A stretch of DNA of 64,000 nt from Ignisphaera sp. (GTDB lineage: Archaea > Thermoproteota > Thermoprotei_A > Sulfolobales > Ignisphaeraceae), in assembly GCA_038821645.1 (NCBI GenBank), contig JAWBDT010000007.1, positions 11,667 through 75,666 of the forward strand, written 5' to 3'. Position 1 is the stretch's first letter. Each line of letters begins with the position of its first letter. The notes under the pieces were generated by a model. The model saw only the letters and a program-made list of their open reading frames with translations, did no database searches and was not told the origin of the DNA. This document shows positions 60,634 through 64,000 of the stretch, piece after piece. The position numbers and the translations under genes are program-made.

Positions 60634-61029
60634 ATGAAACTAAAGATAGTGTTACAAATCGTTATGGGTCTATTAATTACATGGATTATTGTTGAGAGAA
60701 TAGGATACAATGTAGCCATAAGTATGTGTTTTCTTACACCACTTCTTGGATTAGTTCATGAAGCACTTCACTACGTCTATATAAGGATGTTTAAGGTTAA
60801 CCATAGGTTCACATTTAAGGGTATGTACATAGGGTTCCATATTACAGTAGATAGTGTTGATCAGTTAATGGTTATAGCAGTAGCTCCACAGATTCTCACA
60901 TTATCTCTACTAATAACTTATGTTTGTTTTACAAATAACTATGCTATCGCACTCGCACTATACCATATAACACTATCTCTAGAGGACATACTTATAATTG
61001 TGAAGTATCTACCGCATTACTTCTCATAA
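60634..61029 (+). CDS. Membrane protein with a zincin HExxH motif (DUF3267-like)
   Basis: HEALH within a hydrophobic segment; downstream AP and D. Confidence 0.65.
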   Translation: MKLKIVLQIVMGLLITWIIVERIGYNVAISMCFLTPLLGLVHEALHYVYIRMFKVNHRFTFKGMYIGFHITVDSVDQLMVIAVAPQILTLSLLITYVCFTNNYAIALALYHITLSLEDILIIVKYLPHYFS

Positions 61030-61322
61030 CTTTTGCATATCTCTACACAATCTACTTCAGCTCTATGAACACAAAGACATAGTATAGAATCATTTACAGA
61101 GTATACAAAGATCTTGCCGCCTCTAATATTCTCGATAGTAACTATTCCTCTATGTTCTTTCTCTACATACTTCTGTATATAAGATTCAAAGAGATCTAGA
61201 GCACAGTCATTTGCTTCACAATCTAGAAAATCATAGATGTTGCAAGACACATCATAAACAAGGTCTTTATAGATAAGTGTAGCCTTAAATATGGGTGCTT
61301 CAGGTTCAGGAATGTTCTTCAA
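61017..61322 (-). CDS. Hypothetical Cys-rich protein
   Basis: 101-aa ORF, TTG start, no family recognised. Confidence 0.55.
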   Translation of the reverse strand: MKNIPEPEAPIFKATLIYKDLVYDVSCNIYDFLDCEANDCALDLFESYIQKYVEKEHRGIVTIENIRGGKIFVYSVNDSILCLCVHRAEVDCVEICKSYEK

Positions 61323-61526
61323 ATTTTATCCCAATTAATTATATACTATATAGAGGTATTAAAATTTCTGTGAGGAAGGTATGAATACTTTAAATGAACA
61401 TCTATATAGTTGTAGTTAATTGTTCACAGTCATTTCTAATATAGTGTTTAAAATTCGAAAAACAGATAAATTTATTAACTCTTTAATATAGTCTATAGAC
61501 TAAGAGTTAGAGTTGAGGTATAGATC

Positions 61527-61898
61527 ATGAGTGGGGAAATACTAATCGAAAAAAGGAGAAGAAGAAAAAGAAAATTAAATATTGAGGGAAACAAGGTTAT
61601 ATTTAGAAAAAGACTTGAACATAGCTTTGAATTACCGCCCGATATAGCGGAATGGGTCAAGAAGCATGTAGATGTGTTAGATTGGCTTGTATTTGATAGC
61701 CAGGTAGCATCAGCATTAAGACATCCTCATAGTGTTAGAACATTGATATATCTTCTATATGCAAGAGCTAACGATATACCAATAGCACAGATGGCAAAGA
61801 AAATAGATATTGCTCATGAACAGCTCTACAGATTAGAAAGACTTCTATCTAAAGTAGGTCTAAAAGATCAAGTATATTCGATGCTAAAGAAGGGCTAG
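61527..61898 (+). CDS. Conserved hypothetical protein with basic N-terminus and C-terminal HTH
   Basis: KRRRRKRK; PIAQMAKKIDIAHEQLYRLER; GAGGT RBS. Confidence 0.75.
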   Translation: MSGEILIEKRRRRKRKLNIEGNKVIFRKRLEHSFELPPDIAEWVKKHVDVLDWLVFDSQVASALRHPHSVRTLIYLLYARANDIPIAQMAKKIDIAHEQLYRLERLLSKVGLKDQVYSMLKKG

Positions 61899-62172
61899 CA
61901 TTATATAAACAACATGAGTATTGTTAACATATTACCTACTGTCTGACTTTAATCAATTTTTATATAAATCTATCCAGCAATCGATATTTATTGTAACTAT
62001 ATAATTTGTTAAACTTAAAGGTTACAGACGTTAGAAACATACACTTCACTACATTAGGTATCTATAATCTGATCTGATATTCTACGTGTTGCAAGTTAGA
62101 GATACAGAATATTACAGCTTGCTACCTCAGTAGCAACATAGTTTTTATGTAGATCGATTTGATATAACAACG

Positions 62173-62229
62173 TTCTTCAGTTAAAGGAATTATCATCAGT
62201 CTTCAGAGAGGTGAAGCTTCATCATACTT
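62173..62229 (-). ncRNA. C/D box guide sRNA with predicted 16S rRNA targets
   Basis: Minus strand reads ATGATGA-AGCTTCACCTCT-CTGA-aga-CTGATGA-TAATTCCTTTAA-CTGA. The D guide is complementary to conserved 16S UUAAAGGAAUU. Confidence 0.9.
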
Positions 62230-62976
62230 CTATAATCTACAGTACCTATTCTCACACTATATAGTATCATGATTTTATCTACAGACTAAACTTATTTTTT
62301 GTACAACAGTTAATCTAGTTTGTTAATATCTTTTATGTAGATGTTTACTGAACTATTTAGCAATACTCTAGCTAAACAGTATCTTGGATAATTGAGATAT
62401 GGATATTAAGAAACACTAACCCAACATGGTTATAATTAGCAAGCAATTATGTGAAACATAGCTTTATGTTCCTTCTTAATCATTACTTCTTTTTCTTGAA
62501 TGAATCAAACGAAACCTAGAACTTCTTAGCCGTCTGTAGATCATTGTCTAGAAAACTTTCCTAAATTAGTAACTATATCCTAGAGTTCAACGCATTATCT
62601 TCTAGATTTATACTCTATATTCACATCGTCTTAGTCGTACTTAGAACCCAAGGCTAGGATTATTCTGTTGGCAAGAAGCTTGACCCACAGGGCTAAGGAA
62701 TTAGTATTTTCTCTATTAATTGATAAAATTGAATTGGTTATACAAATAATGTTATTGTGGATAGCACTTGATACACTATATCTTTATCTTTAGATTTATT
62801 GAGAAAGATCATTATTTTATAATTTCCTAGTACCTTAGACATCATCTAATCCGAATTAATCTTAATGTGTATTCCTTCTTAAGTCTTAACATTAAAAACT
62901 AATATCATGTTGATAGAACATCTTGAATATGAGTATTTATAGTTGTAAAAGAGTTGCACAATCTTGATTTATATTA

Positions 62977-63810
62977 TCATACGGATTTTACAGATCCATG
63001 AACTATGCTTTTCATTGATAGTTCTTGGTAAAGCTTATAGTATTTAGATTTAGATGGATCTACATCTAATGCTGAAAGATCATTTAAAAGCTTCTGTGAA
63101 AAGATTGATATATTTATACAGGGTTCAGCGCATAAGACATTGGGTTTAATGCTATCTACTATAAGCTTGACTATAAGAGCTACAGCTACTTGATCATTGT
63201 GCGTCATATCAGTACTTGTAACCTCTTCACTAAGTAGTTCTATTACTTGTTTAAACATTGGATCAACTATACGATCTATATTGTCTTTTAGAGATGCTAG
63301 GATAAGAACTAAATAGTCTTTCGTATTTATATTGGTGGGCGGTAACATATCAACATCATTTAAGCATAAATTATAGTCGTGTTTAAGAGTCTCGTCTATA
63401 TTCTTTGTAATAGTGACAATGTCTATCACGTCTCTGATAATGTTGAATGCTTTTATTGTATCTAGAAGAATGTGTTCTGGAATGGCACATCTTCTTGCAG
63501 CAAGTGATATATCCATACCGTATCGCATTGGGATAAGGTCCAGTATTTTCTTAAGTATGTCTATTGCTATCTGATCACCTTCTGTAAGGAATTTTGCAAG
63601 TCTTTTCTGTATATACACTATGTCTCCATAACCAAAAACACCTTGCTTAATTCTATTTATGCTCCACAAAGTTACTGATAAAGCTAATGCAACTCTAGGT
63701 CTCATAATCAAGTCTACTTTAGATACTATATCGTTCTTTAATATGTTTTGAATACGATAACACTTCTGAAGCTTTAGCAATCCTTCAACATACTTTTCGT
63801 AACTACTCAT
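62977..63810 (-). CDS. Hypothetical helical protein
   Basis: 277-aa ORF with a GTGA RBS, no family recognised. Confidence 0.65.
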   Translation of the reverse strand: MSSYEKYVEGLLKLQKCYRIQNILKNDIVSKVDLIMRPRVALALSVTLWSINRIKQGVFGYGDIVYIQKRLAKFLTEGDQIAIDILKKILDLIPMRYGMDISLAARRCAIPEHILLDTIKAFNIIRDVIDIVTITKNIDETLKHDYNLCLNDVDMLPPTNINTKDYLVLILASLKDNIDRIVDPMFKQVIELLSEEVTSTDMTHNDQVAVALIVKLIVDSIKPNVLCAEPCINISIFSQKLLNDLSALDVDPSKSKYYKLYQELSMKSIVHGSVKSV

Positions 63811-64000
63811 CTAAATCACACTACTAGTAAGGAAACTAAGTTTGTTAGGTAAAAAATCAAAATGATTTATCTGAATTACCAGAATTTTCTACACTATCGT
63901 TCAACAACAATCAATGTTGTTGTACTTTTTATGTGGGGAAACCTTCTTATCTTAGCTATAACAGTATTCCTCAAGGTATCAAAAGTATTTGCTTCAACAA

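Noticed and set aside
62645-62700. Imperfect repeat ACCCAAGGCTAGGA / ACCCACAGGGCTAAGGA
   Set aside because: Only two short, divergent units; not a CRISPR array, and similarity to a tRNA T-arm is too weak.
1-64000. CRISPR arrays, IS elements, inteins, tRNA introns, ORB-type replication origin, selenocysteine recoding
   Set aside because: I saw no regularly spaced repeats, transposase motifs or ORB boxes. Lhr, HerA and Rad50 have ordinary lengths, both tRNAs are uninterrupted, and no gene needs an in-frame TGA.

Overview
This is an AT-rich, gene-dense chromosomal segment of a hyperthermophilic crenarchaeon. Gene content (CdvB paralog, aKMT, FAU-1, Grs-like radical SAM, GGTGA/GAGGT ribosome-binding sites) points to Desulfurococcales, possibly Ignisphaera-like; this is inference. 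Most of it is housekeeping: an ECF transporter, larBC, deoxyhypusine synthase, TrxR, Lhr, mevalonate and ether-lipid genes, Trk, herA-mre11-rad50 and porGDAB, plus two tRNA-Leu genes. Family calls rest on recalled motifs and were not checked by search. I found no CRISPR array, intact integrase or transposase, and no clear new multi-gene system. The best items missing from the ORF track are: four C/D-box guide sRNAs (two with recognisable 16S targets); a decayed ~1.8 kb island at tRNA-Leu(CAG) closed by a degenerate att copy; a uracil-DNA glycosylase that seems to need an ACG start codon; a CBS+HPF-like candidate hibernation factor; an HhH glycosylase with a duplicated Fe-S motif; and two small ORFs.
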